Assembly: GCF_006345805.1 (NCBI RefSeq) | Contig: NC_043003.1 | Coordinates: forward strand, 114,514,001-114,578,000 | Direction of reading: 5' to 3' | DNA length: 64,000 nt | From: Octopus sinensis | Taxonomy: Eukaryota | Shown here: piece by piece, positions 12,130 through 24,770 of the stretch | How positions within the stretch are numbered: position 1 is the first letter of the stretch | Layout: every line of letters starts with the position of its first letter | Made by a program: the position numbers and the translations under genes | Notes under the pieces: model-generated | Told to the model about the DNA's origin: nothing | The model's database searches: none | What the model saw: only the letters and a program-made list of their open reading frames with translations

Positions 12130-12990
12130 ACTGAAAGAAGAATCTTTCATTAAATTCTTGCAGAATAGGAGATGGTGCTTTTGTATTGGTCGAAAATACG
12201 TGTCTGAATTCCAGTCACCTTGAGCCTCTTAGATAGTTGTTTGGTCGTTGTGCTAAGTACACCAATTAAAACAGGAACTATTTTCACAATTATCTTTATA
12301 ATTTCTGTATCTTTCTGACGCCGCACAGACATTTCTTACTTTTCATTGTTTCCTTGATATCAGTTCTATCATACTATGATACAGCATTACAAGAGCAATG
12401 ATAACGCACCGTTTTTTTTTTTTTTGTCTTTTTTGCTCCTCAATCATATGTTTCACTTGCGTTTAATAGTCTGATCCGTCACTATAACGAAATCCTGTGT
12501 CTCATCTTCATACCGATTCTCTGCCACTTGAAATTTATAAATTAAACTAACAGCCTAATGCACATTTTTACCGATAGTCATACCTGCTTTTATACTGCTT
12601 TCGTTCTAGCTCACTGCACTCATTAAATTTTATTTAGCTCTTTCGTCCTCTTTTCTATACATTTTTGCATTTACTGTCTGAGCTTTACAAACCTTTGTCT
12701 TCATCATTTTGTACAAATAGAATGTTTCTGAGCGTTTGCAATTAGCGTTTCAGCTTTTCATTTTGTGTTTCTATTATTTCCACTTTCAACATCCTCACTT
12801 TATTCAATGAGTGGCCAAGAATTCTTCCCCTTTCCACCTATTTCTCCTGTTATATTTTCTATACTTAATACCCCAGCAGATATTTCTGGAAAGCCTGAAA
12901 TTACAGTCAGGGCACTACTTTGGACCAAAAATCGTTTGCCACTTATTGTTGTTACCAGAATGAAGACCCCTATGACGTCATAAATTAAAT
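12130..12990 (-). mobile_element. Decayed R4/Dong-like RLE retrotransposon C-terminal region
   Basis: Fragments AETLIANAQKHSICT, ECSELERKQYKSRYD and VKIVPVLIGVLSTTTKQLSKRLKVTGIQTRIFD...YSARI. These parallel the relic at 120-442. Confidence 0.7.
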
Positions 12991-13249
12991 AATGTACAGC
13001 CAAAAAATGTTATTCACTAGTAATGAATCAGATCAACGCTTGAAAGGATCTCGTTGTGTAGGGTTAGAGTATTTATTGGGTTAATTTAGTGGAGAGATAG
13101 ATGCGAAGTTGTCTCACTGGATCGATCATACACTCTTCCACTCTACAGAATTATATTTTCTTTTATATATACATATACGTCTTGTAATTTGGAGAACACC
13201 TTAAAATACAAATAAATAATGGCGTATTTGCTAGGATTGATTTCCGTGG

Positions 13250-13780
13250 AGATGATCGTTGTCCTAGTAGAAAGAAGTCAGTTCGGCATCTGAGTTGGAT
13301 TACTTAAGAAGGTACTGAACATGGATATTATTTGACTAAATAATGAAATTTTAAATGTTCATAATGTCAAATCAGTTACACGTCGAAAAGTGGCTAAAAT
13401 AAGCATCAAATCCGAAGCAGTTTGGCGATTGAGGAATGGGATTTTTCCGTTTCTATTGTTATCTTTGCATAATTCTTCGAACTGATATTGTTGTATGTGT
13501 CATTTTCGAACATGTATTTCTGGCATACTTTAGATATTTCTTAAGCGCCAAAGAAAGTTATTCCAATATTGTTATTGTGTATTGTCCAGCATAATTTGTG
13601 AGGTGTTTACAAAGATATTGCTTTAACAGAAACATTTTCTACATCACGAAGCAATTCTATTTCTTGCAACAATATTTCAAAGACCTATTATTTAAAGGAG
13701 ATATTTTTTTGACAGCAAGAGCATTTTGGAGCATTTTGAGAAATGCAGAAACGAATAGAAGACATCTTGCATTTATTTAC
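13250..13780 (-). pseudogene. Possible decayed Penelope-type RT fragment
   Basis: NGKIPFLN resembles the xGKLPFLD thumb motif of Penelope RTs. Many stops. Confidence 0.3.
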
Positions 13781-13936
13781 ACCGTTTTCCATAAATGCAC
13801 AGCAGTTATCCCCCTTTAAATCTGTAATCCGACTCCGTCTCCGATTAAATCTAATTTCTGTTCGTCCAGATTTCGTGGAATAAGAATTAGTGTAATTCGA
13901 AAGACGAGTAAGAGGTTGTTTATATATCGAAATAAG

Positions 13937-14261
13937 TATGTATGTATGTATGTATGTATGTATGTATGTATGTATGTATGTATGTATGTATGTATGAATG
14001 TATGTATGTATGGATGGATGGATGGATGTATCTTTTCGGTTTATGGCTGCTGTTGCTTAGTGAGTGAGATTGACTCAGTGCACAGCCTTTCCTCACTTTA
14101 AAAAAAATCTTCTTGCACAGGCATTGCACGATAACAACATTGATTAAGCTTCGTGCAATGGCCATACTCGATAACGAGGGGGCAGCCACCATGTATGTAT
14201 GTATGTATATGTATGTATGTATGTTTGTATGTATGTATGTATGTATATGTATGTATGTATG

Positions 14262-14295
<34 letters not shown>

Positions 14296-14325
14296 TGTAT
14301 GTATGTATGTATGTATGTATGTATG

Positions 14326-14357
<32 letters not shown>

Positions 14358-14463
14358 TGTATGTATGTATGTATGTATGTATGTATGTATGGTATGTATG
14401 TATGTATGTATGTATGTATGTATGTAGTATGTATGTATGTATGTATGTATGTATGTATGTATG

Positions 14464-14497
<34 letters not shown>

Positions 14498-14535
14498 TGT
14501 ATGTATGTATATATGTATGTATGTATATATGTATG

Positions 14536-14569
<34 letters not shown>

Positions 14570-14977
14570 TGTATGTGTATGTATGTATGTATGTATGTAT
14601 GTATGTATGTATGTTTGTATGTATGTATGTATGTATGTATGTATGTATGAATGTATGTATGTATGTATGTATGTATGTATGCATGCATGTATGTATGTAT
14701 GTATGTATGTATGTATGTATGTATGTATGTATGTATGTATGTATGTATGTATGGATGGATGGATGTATCTTTTCGGTTTATGGCTGCTGTTGCTTAGTGA
14801 GTGAGATTGACTCAGTGCACAGCCTTTCCTCACTTTAAAAAAATCTTCTTGCACAGGCATTGCACGATAACAACATTGAGTAAGCTTCGTGCAATGGCCA
14901 TACTCGATAACGAGGGGGCAGCCACCATGTATGTATGTATGTTTGTATGTATGTATGTATGTATGTATGTATGTATG
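13937..14977. repeat. (TATG)n array containing two copies of a 160-bp unique unit (14031-14190, 14768-14926)
   Basis: The units differ by one substitution and one A in a homopolymer. Period 737 bp. Confidence 0.97.
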
Positions 14978-15020
14978 CATACTTATGCCTACATACGTAT
15001 AAATATATAATTTTTTTTTA

Positions 15021-15063
15021 TCTAGTTTCAGCTCACTAGCTGTGGCCATGCTGGGGCACCGCC
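15021..15063 (-). mobile_element. Very short retroposon 3' tail (GGCGGTGCCCCAGCATGGCCACAGC...GAAAC)
   Basis: Near-identical to 55437-55476 and similar to the family-B SINE tail. Confidence 0.7.
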
Positions 15064-15257
15064 ATAATATATATTGCTTTAACAGAAACGTTATAATATA
15101 TATAATTTAGACAAACGTATAGATGTATATGCATACATACACATATATTTATATGTATATATATCGATCGATAGATAGATAGATAGATAGATAGATATGT
15201 TTCTTTATTAGCCACACAGGGCTGCACACAGATAGAACAAATTACAAGGTAGAGCTT

Positions 15258-18237
15258 ATCCCGAACGGGTAGCGCTTCTCGGTAGCACCGCCAGGCCAGG
15301 GATCTCTGGAAGTTGTCCATAGGTCCCGGGCCGGAAGTCGTTTGAAACAGGCGGGTCAGGTATTCCTCGTCGACGCCCAGGTTTGCCCCGAGCTCGTCGT
15401 CGTACCTCCCCTCCACTAATCCCCTATAGAATGCTTTGGTTGTGTTGAAGTCACTCAAGGTCGACCCGGGACGGCAGAGTTGCTTGAGAGCAACGCGACA
15501 CTCGCGGTGCCATTCGCCCTTCCTCGGCCTCTTTTTGATCCACGACTGTAGTTCGGTCATGGAGACGAGTTGCGGGAATGCGTGCCTCACAAACGGCGAC
15601 CACACCTGTTCACCGTCGTCTACATAGAGCCGGAGATGTCGCAGTCTCAGCGCGTGTCTGCGCATCATCAACCACGGCATGCCCAGCCCTCCTTTTAACG
15701 GGTGTTGACAGCAAATGGATCGCCTGACCATCGGGACGCATCCTTTCCACAAGAAGCGGAAGCGGATGCGTTCTAGTTTGGTGATGGTAGGGTCGGGACA
15801 AGGTACGACGGTCAGGCGGTAGTAGATGATGGACGTGATGTACGCGTTCACCACCTCCACCCGACCTTTTAGGGACAGTTTCCTCTCGGCCCATTGCTGG
15901 GCGAGAGTGACCACCCTACTCGTTATCTCGTTCCAGTTCTTCTCCATTTGGAGGTCCGGACCGAACCAGACCCCGAGCAACTCAACCGGGCCGTCTGTCC
16001 AGCGTCCACGACGGAGGTACTGGTGGACGGCATGGGCTTGCTTCTCCAGGTGCCGAGCCGCAAGCCCACTGACTTTTCCCGGTTGATTTTTGCTCCTGTC
16101 ACCGCTTCGTAGTCTTTCAGTGTCTCGCCGACCCGCTCGATGTGCTCGTGGCTTGACACTATGACGGTGACGTCGTCCGCGTATGCAGACATGCTCGTCC
16201 CGCATCCTAATTCTCGCGGGATGCCCCTCAGAGTCGCCAGCTTCCGCAGTAGTGGCTCAAGAGTCAATACGTATAGAAGCGCCGAGAGGGGGCATCCCTG
16301 ACGGACCGAACGTGCAATGTCGAAGGGTCTCGATAGATGTCCATTTACGCGAATTACCGAACGGATGCCTCTGTACAAGGCAGCTATCCAGCCGCGGAAG
16401 ACGGGACCGAAACCAGCCGCTCTCAGGACTGCCTCCAAGTATCGATGGTCTACCCTATCAAAGGCTTTCGATTGATCCAAGTTGATCAGGGCCCCACCCA
16501 TGCCAGGTTCGTTAACTACCCTGTCTATGATGTAGCGCATCAGATGGAGGTTGTCATGGATGCTCCGGCCCGGCACGGCGCACGTTTGTGCGTTGTCGAC
16601 CAGTTTCTCCATGACAAGCGCCAACCTCTTGGCTAACACCTTTGTCAAAATTTTCAAGTCTGCATTGAGCAGAGTGATTGGCCTAAAGTTATCTATAATG
16701 TTTCCCTTGTTTGGATCTTTCTTCAGCAGAGTTACATCTCCTCGACTCACAAAACCGGGTATGCTCCCGTTTTGCTGCCAGTTGCAGTATACCGCTGCCA
16801 AGACGTCTCCAAACAAGTCTGGCATACAATAGTAAAATTCGTAGGGTAGACCATCCAAACCCGGTGATTTGTCCCTCGAGCATTCTGCCATCGCCTCCCG
16901 CACTTCCGCCGCCGTGATGGCACCTTCGCAGCACCCTGCCTTTCTTGTCGAGAGTCGTGGCAGGCTATGTAGGTAGGCACTGAAGTCTACCCTACGTTCT
17001 TGCCCTCCACTCGTCCCGAACAGTCGGGCAAAATGCTGCTGAAAGGCTCACACACACATTTTACTTGGCTCGAGCAATTCGCGCCCCTGTTCATCTACCA
17101 GTGACCGAATGGTGGCTTTGTTGCCCTGTTGCGCCTCTGCCACCCGGGCCTCTCTCGCGGCTCCAAACCCTTCGTTCCTTAGAGCACGCATCCTAGCTCT
17201 GACAGCACATCCTTCGTGTTTGGCGTTGAAGTGTTGGTCGAGGGCCAACCTCGCCGCCAAAACGTCGGATGCGATGCCGCTTCTAATTGCCTCTTCTAGC
17301 TTCTTAACTAGCTCACCCTCTACTCTATTTCTATCTATGGCTAGTGCTTTTCTGTACCTAATCGCTTCTGCTTTTACTGCTCTCTTGAGGGCAAACCACC
17401 ATTTGTTGTTGATGATGGCTCCCGTCAAAGCCCTCTTTACTAGTGTGCTAATCCGGTCTCTGAAAACTTGTCTGGACGGGAATGATGCGTTCAGTTTCCA
17501 GTACCCAGGACCCTGTCTATGTGCCTTATCTAAGTCTAGCGTACATGTCACCAATTTGTGATCCGTGTAGCTGACTGTGTGGAATTGTGGACATCCTAAG
17601 TTATCCTTGTCTACTGTCCTACACAGTATCCTATCTAGATACGATCTCGACGACCCACAGCGGTTGCTCCATGTCCACGTTGGTGCATTTGGGTGGTCGA
17701 GTCGGTACCTGTCAGACAGTTGGAATCGTCTGAGCAGGTCTCTGAGGCATTTGCATCCCCTTCTGTTTCTGTCTCTACCCACGTAGTCTACATGCGTGTC
17801 CAAGGTAGCATTCCAATCCCCCACTAAGAGTAAAGGACGAGACGTTCCCAAGAATACTTCTAGACGTCGAAAGAAATCCGCCCGACCTGTTAAGGGCGGG
17901 CGTAGACTGATACGAGTCGAAAAGCGCACCCATTGCTGTCGTCAACGTCCAGAACGATCAGTCTACCCTCCGGGTCTACGAATATCGTCTTGACTTCGAG
18001 ATCCAGGCTCTTGTGAAAAAGTACCGCGGTGCCACTACCGCCCATCCTCGGCAGACAGGGAGCGAAATAAATGTTAAACTGTCCGCCAAACATGGACTTT
18101 AGGGCCCGTGGCTCGTGGAGTCTGGTCTCACTTATGGCTATGATTCCCAGATCATGTGACTTGATGTCATTTAGGAGGTATCCTTGTTTCCAAGGAGACC
18201 CCAAGCCACGCGCATTCACACAACCAATCTTGACCAT
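15258..18237 (-). pseudogene. Disrupted ORF2 of LINE copy 2
   Basis: Same APE/RT peptides as copy 1, split by indels near 16006, 17046 and 17898. The C-terminal zinc-finger region is deleted. Confidence 0.9.
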
Positions 18238-18287
18238 GATTCTATTGGGGTGTGTGCTTTAAAACACACAAATGAAAGTACAGAGAG

Positions 18288-20379
18288 TTACTTACTTGTG
18301 TCGAAAGTTTTGGCTTCCTCGTTCTTTGATGTGTCTTCGAGGAGGTTTTATATAGTTTTTGGGACAGATATTTCTGGAAACCCCCTACAGCATTTGGGAA
18401 GAGGGCTTTGAGTTTGTGGTGTTGTGTTTGTGTGATGTGTAGTATTTTGATGTGTTTGGGTGGTGTAGTGCTGGATGATTGCTATTTTTAAAGTCATCTT
18501 CACAAATGTTTGTGTATCCTGTGATGTACTCCATTAGTTTGGAGTCTTTTGTGTCTATCGCTGATAGCATTGTTTTTGTGGTGTTGGTGCTTGTTTTGTT
18601 GTGTATGGAGTTTTCAGGGTTCAGGTATCTCCCTGCTTTGGTTGCGATTTCTTGTTTGGTTTTTCTTGATCTTTTTCTTTTACCCCCTGTGGCTATTTGC
18701 CATTCTGTCGAACTTTCATCGTTAGATGAAAAGTCTGACGAATCAGCAGGGGCAAGGTAAAGCGTCTGGGTGTGTTTGTGCGGTTGTAGATATTTTTGTG
18801 GTGCGCGGGGAGGGTGTTGCTGGGGGGCGTTTGTTGTGGTTATTGTCTCTCCTACATCCTTGGTGCTTGTCTTCTTCGTTGTTATTCTTGGTGTTGGAAT
18901 TGGTTTATTTGTTGTTGGTGGTGATGATTCTGTTCTTGGCGCTGGTGTTGGTGTTGTTTGGTTGGTTGGCTTGTTCTTTGTTGTTTTTCCTGCATTTCCG
19001 CATACAGCTTCTTGACTAGCTGTCCATATTGTGGTGTGGGCAATAATCCTGGCTTTTGTGATTTTTTTCTGTGGCTGTTGTTGTTGTTGTAATTTTGCGG
19101 CAGATTTGCACTCCTTTTTGAGGTGTGCCTCACTGCCACATGTATAGCATCGTGGCCTTCTGCCCTCGACTACTACGTATAACTTGCGGCCATCCTCAAG
19201 ATGTACGTGGGTGGGGATTTTATTTATGTCCTCTTGACTTATGTGGAAGAGGAACTCTATTCTCTTCCCAGCCAGTCCTTGTTTTCCGAAACACCGATAT
19301 CTAGGATGTTTAAGTCCTCCATTTCGGATGTTAAGCGGATGTAATCCACAGTGTGGTAGTCACTTGGGGGACACCACTGATAATGACTTTCGTCACCTTC
19401 TGGCCGAGGTAACTCGGTGTCAACGTTAGTTCATCAGAATGAAGGGTTATCGTTGAGAATTTCTTCGCCAACTCTTCACTCTGAAAAACCACCTGTACGT
19501 GTGCGAACTTGTTCGCCCAAGTCACACAATCCTTGTATCCCCAGATGGGGCGTAAGCACTTTTCGACTTTGTCTGTGCTTGCCTTTTCTGGACTTTTAGT
19601 TTTTTTATTTGTGATTTTATATACAATTGTCTTTTTTTTCTCCTCATTCAGTATGTGTTGAGGTATGTGTAAGAGTATTTTTCCGTTTTCATTTGTAATA
19701 AGGTTTCTGCAATCTTTAATCTGTTGTGTAGTAAACGAAACTTTTGTTACCTTTTCTTTATCGCCTCGGCGAAGTTGTTGTTGTTTTGTTATTGTTGTTA
19801 CTGCGGTGGTGTTGGTGTTGATGGCAGGGGTGTGGGTTGTAGGTTTGTGGTTGCTGATTATGCAACTAGCAAGGGGTGAAAATTGCCTGCGTAATTTAGT
19901 CCTGCATTAGCGCAAATTTCGACATTTCTTTTGCTTGTCGTCGTTATTTTTTCACTTGTTGGTGATGGAGTGAGCAGTGGTTGAAGGGAATTGTTGTTGT
20001 CGTCGTCGTTGTTGTTGTTGTTGTTGTTATTGTCGTTCTTGGTGACGGCGGTGGTGTTTGTAGTATTAGTAGCATTGACGGCACGGTCTTTGGTGGCGGT
20101 GATGGTGATGTTGGTATTGTTATTGGTGGCGATGTCTTTAGTAGGGATAGCAGTTTTAGTAGCAGATTCTGCCATGGTGTTGTTGTCGGTGTTGGTGGTG
20201 GTGGTGGACTCACTGATGGTGTTGACAGTGCTTGGCCTTGCGACCTTTGTTTTGTATTTGTTGCTGCTGTCGATGTTGATGGTGGCGGAGTTGTCAGGTT
20301 CAGCATAAGCTAACAGAGCATCCTGTTTTTCTGCGTCACGCTTGACTTGCACCTCAGCCTCGTGGTGACCAGTGGCCAT
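18288..20379 (-). pseudogene. ORF1 of LINE copy 2 (frameshifted): T/N-rich N-terminus, RRM-like core, CCHC knuckle
   Basis: Starts MATGHHEAEVQ at 20379; FAHVQVVFQSEELAKKF; knuckle CYTCGSEAHLKKEC at about 19107-19148. Confidence 0.85.
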
Positions 20380-20601
20380 TTTGGAAATAAAATGGCTAAA
20401 TGAAACCACGAAGGCTATGAGAATTTTTTCTTTTAAATTTTGCCCACAAGGGGCAAAATTTTGTGTCGATATTTATCAAAGGTTTACAGTGGATGTTGTT
20501 GCACAACTTTTAAGCACAAAATATTTGTCAATATACACTTTTGAACGTACAAAAATACCAACTTACGTGGAGCCCATTTGACTTGCGTCTGTCTGTCAGA
20601 T

Positions 20602-20662
<61 letters not shown>

Positions 20663-20989
20663 GTATGCATATAAAATACATGTGTATCAGTAAACATTCA
20701 CTCACACACATACACATACACACACACACACCACACACACACGCACACGCGCAAGCCTATATAGCTACAAATTACAGATACAGTTACACCTTGATACAGA
20801 AAGAAAAAAAAATGAAAACTTTGAATCTGACACACAGATGCGAACATAGACACGCATGCGCAACTCTCTCTCTCTCTCTCTGCCTTTCTCTCTATGTGAT
20901 GTGTCCATGTTTGTGCGCATGCGTTTATGTGCGTGATTGGAGTAAGTGATTAACAATATTCATATCCATATATATATATGTTTATATAT

Positions 20990-21425
20990 GTGTGAGTGCG
21001 TGTGTGTTTATACGTGTTTGTGTGTTCGTGTCTGTGTGTGTGTGCGTGTGTGTGTGTACGTGTGCGTGTGTGTGTGTGTGTTTGTGTATTGGTGTCTCTG
21101 TGTATGCGTGTGTATTTACTTATGTGCATGCGTGTGTGTTTATATGTGTTTGTGTGTCTGTGTGTGTGTGTGCGTGTGCGTGTGTGTGTGTACGTGTGTG
21201 TGTGTGTGTTTGTGTATTCGTGTCTCTGTGTGTGCGTGTGTGTGAGTGCGTGTGTGTTTACTTATGTGCATGCGTGTGTGTTTATATGTGTTTGTGTGTT
21301 CGTGTCTGTGTGTGTGCGTGTGTGTGTAGGTGTGTGTGTGCGTGCGTACGTGTGTGTGCGTGTGTGTGTGTGCGTGCGTGCGTGTGTGTGCGTGTGTGTG
21401 TGTGTGTGCGTTTGTGTGTTTGTGT
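20990..21425. repeat. (GT)-based compound minisatellite with higher-order repeats
   Basis: Recurrent TGTGAGTGCGTGTGTGTTTA and TTCGTGTCTG blocks. Confidence 0.9.
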
Positions 21426-21639
21426 GTATAATATGATTACATAGACAACGCAGAGATATCTAAATTCATGTTAATGTCGGTGACAAGGAAACGACAATAT
21501 CTTTTAAAAATTTGACAAGAACATCCATCTTGCGAAGGCCACAACTGACAACCGTCACATCTCCATTATCTCCAAACTTTAATAAATAGGTTGCAAAAGG
21601 AACATAGCTGATCCCTCAAGCTTCTCTCCCAACACATGA

Positions 21640-22528
21640 AATCCCTTCTTTTCTTGAGAAACAAGTTTGCCGCTGCTTAGTCCACCGCCAACATAATTGG
21701 TTGATTATCTATATATACATAATCATGTATGTATTGTATGTATGTATGTATGTATGTATGTATGTATGTATGTATGTATGTATGCATGTATGTATGCATG
21801 TATGCAAGTATGTATATAAGTATATATGTATGTATGCATGTATGTATGTTTGTATGTATATATGTATGTAATCCCTGTGTTCTTGAGAAACAAGTTTGGC
21901 GCTGCTTATTCCACCACCAACATAATTGGCTGATTGTGTATATATACATAATCATGTATGTATGTATGTATGTATGTATGTATGTATGTATGCATGTATG
22001 TATGTATGCATGTATGTATGTGTGTATGCATGTATGTATGTGTGTATGTATGTAAGTATGCATGCATGCATGTATGCAAGTATGTATATATGTATATAAG
22101 TATGTATGCATGTATGTATGCTTGTATGTATATATGTATCTTTATACGTTTGTATGTATATATGTGTGACTGTATATATTTATTTGTATGTATACATGTA
22201 TATATAGAAGTATGTATAAATGTATATATGTATACATGTATATAAGTATGTATGACTGTATATATGTATGTGTATGTATATATATGTATGAATATATGTA
22301 TACGAGTATTACGAATGTATATATGTATGTGTGTGTATGTATATATATATATGAAGGCGTGCATGTTTGTATGAATGTATGTATGCATATATGTAAATTA
22401 TGCTCGCATGTGCGTGCGTACACATGCATGTTTGTATTATGATTTTAATATGAATATATATTGTTTTGTGGGGCTGTATATACACACACACACACAAATA
22501 TACATACATACATACATACATACATACA

Positions 22529-22570
<42 letters not shown>
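21640..22570. repeat. (TATG)n region with a tandemly duplicated 87-bp unique unit (21640-21726, 21870-21956)
   Basis: AATCCCT...TCTTGAGAAACAAGTTTG...CATAATCATG occurs twice, period 230 bp. Confidence 0.93.
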
Positions 22571-22586
<16 letters not shown>

Positions 22587-22864
22587 CAGAGAGAAAGAAA
22601 GAGAGTGATAGAGAGACACACACAGATGATACACAAATCATACAATACTCACACAACATACACACATCTATAGTATATATGCACGTGCACACCCACACAC
22701 GTTTATCTCTGAGAATGTGTCTGTGCGCATGTTCGTATATAGAATGAGGATGCTTACAATTTTATTGGCCATATGTTGTATAGAATTTCGCCATTTTAAT
22801 TAGATTTCTGCATTGATATGTAGACAACAATGCATGGCATGCACGTATGTATGAATCGAAGAAC

Positions 22865-23135
22865 TTGTAGTCGAATGGATTGACGCCAGCGCCTATTTGT
22901 TTTTAACAAACTGATACTTATTCTCTCGGGTACTCATACCGAACCGCTAAGTTACCGATTCGTAAACACTCCAACACCGGATATCAAATGTTAGTAGGAA
23001 AGAAACGCAGACACAAATACCAACACACACTCTGACCCCACCACACACACACACACATATGTATATGACAATGTTCTTTTAATTTCTGTCTGTTGCATTC
23101 ATTCTCAAGGATTTGGTCTGATGGAGGCTACAATA
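22865..23135 (-). mobile_element. Decayed family-B SINE
   Basis: CCGAACCGCTAAGTTAC and CCAACACCGG blocks match the reverse complement of 27133-27525. Confidence 0.6.
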
Positions 23136-23850
23136 GAAATCTCCATTTCTGAGTTTACTGGTTTATCAGTACAAAGAATTTCGATGGAATGTTCCTCTCA
23201 AAAAGTCCATCATGTGTTAATATAACAGGTCTGATATAGAAATCTGCAACAGAAAAGAAAAACATATGAATTATCGAAGGGTTTTAGCTGCCCAATTTAT
23301 GTGAATATCTCCAAATTGGTAAGTCGAATGTTTGTGGACAATCTCTTCAAAAGCGAAATATATTCTAAACTGCTCTCAAATTCTTGTTATCCCACTAGAA
23401 ATTGGTGCTCTTCATTAATTTCTTTAATTATATTCTGAAAAGGATGGGATTTTAAAGCAAAGGTGGAGACCAACTACTATCTCATACACTCTAAATACAG
23501 TCTGTTGGTGGAGCAGGGAAAATTTGAAAAATTTAATGTTTTCATAAAAGTCGACCAATAAAGATGTGTCTTGAAGACACCTTCATCCCCCTTAAAGGAA
23601 TACAAAAAGAAAAAGGATTCTTACAGCCAAACACTTTTAAAATAGATTACTTTGAACTAAATTTATATTGAAGCGAAATTATTTCTATAGAAATTAACAA
23701 AAACAGTAGAATTTCTGCTTGCTTTAATCAAAATGTATTCTGGAGAATTTTATATGGAGATATTTTTAAGCAAATATTTTCATTATCTCAGTCAATAAGT
23801 CTCGCCATTCTTCTTGGACTGCCACAAAAAAACCTTTTCTCATTTCTAAA

Positions 23851-24472
23851 TCTATATATATAAAACTCAACTTGTGTGTCTCTGTGTGTATCTGTGTGTG
23901 TGTGTGTCTGTGTGTTAAACTTCCCGGCACATCTCCTCCTAGCCAACAAATCGAAGAACCAACAAAAATGGGTCACTTAAAGCTTAAACGAATGAAAATT
24001 GAACTCCGCTATTTCTGTTCCGAAATTCATCTCGCAAGTGCAAAAATCGATAATGTGTTTGTTTAGGCCTTATCCCATACATTGAATAGTGAACTTTGCT
24101 CAGTCAGCTGTTTGACGTAAACTGTGTTCATCACGCGTGCAAGCATGCGTAAATTGCATGAAAAATAAAAAATCAAGATATAAAAACGAAACGCCATAAA
24201 CATTGTAGAAATTCGGCAAAGAAATGAATTTTCGGGATTTAGCCTGGAGGGTTTTTTCGTATTAATCTTTGGGACTTTGTGAACACATACCAATAGTTTT
24301 CATAACATTTTTAACGCTTTGAATTAAATGTGACCATTTTGCGTTGAGTCTGCAGTTTGAATCACTTTAACCAAATTTTAGCAGGCCGGATTTTTGATCA
24401 TTCACGATACCTCGCCAGCGACTCCCTGAAACTCTCCCCTGAAATCCCCGTTGAGCCGGGCAATACTGCTAG
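23851..24472 (+). mobile_element. Complete non-autonomous Helitron (622 bp)
   Basis: A|TCTATATATATAAAA 5' end; subterminal hairpin CCCG-TTGAGC-CGGG, then CTAG|T at 24469-24473. Confidence 0.8.
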
Positions 24473-24574
24473 TATTTTATAAATAAAAATGCAATAGTTA
24501 TCTGCCATTTCACTTTGAAAAGATTCAGCTATGGAGACTGCTCCGACCAACAGAATCGTTTCCCCCCCCCACCC

Positions 24575-24770
24575 CCGGTGAAAAGGATTAGCGGCATTTC
24601 GACCGCCTTTACGTTTTAAGTTCAAATACCACCGAAGTCGACTTTGCTTTTCATCCATTTAAAGGTCGATAAAATAAGGACCAGCTGATCAGTGGGGTGG
24701 AAGCAATCGACCTAAACCCTTCCCTGAACCTGCTGGCCTTGTGCCAAAATTGGAAACCAATATTGTGATT
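24575..24770 (+). mobile_element. Family-A SINE, alternative-tail variant
   Basis: GTCGACTTTGCTTTTCATCC...GGTCGATAAAATAAG core; tail TGGCCTTGTGCCAAAATTGGAAACC. Confidence 0.8.

Larger units (their letters stand above)
15197..20600 (-). mobile_element. Tx1/L1-clade LINE, copy 2 (5'UTR, ORF1, ORF2; 817-bp 3' internal deletion; several frameshifts)
   Basis: Nearly identical to copy 1 over the shared part, with the same 3' terminus. ORF2 ATG at 18237, ORF1 about 18288-20379. (GATA)n on both sides (about 15165-15196 and 20601-20661). Confidence 0.95.

Noticed and set aside
14031-14926. Repeat-spacer pattern suggesting CRISPR
   Set aside because: Only two 160-bp units, the spacer is pure microsatellite, there are no cas genes, and the context is eukaryotic.
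15250-15257. 817-bp deletion as a spliced intron
   Set aside because: No register within the microhomology gives a GT or GC donor on the sense strand.
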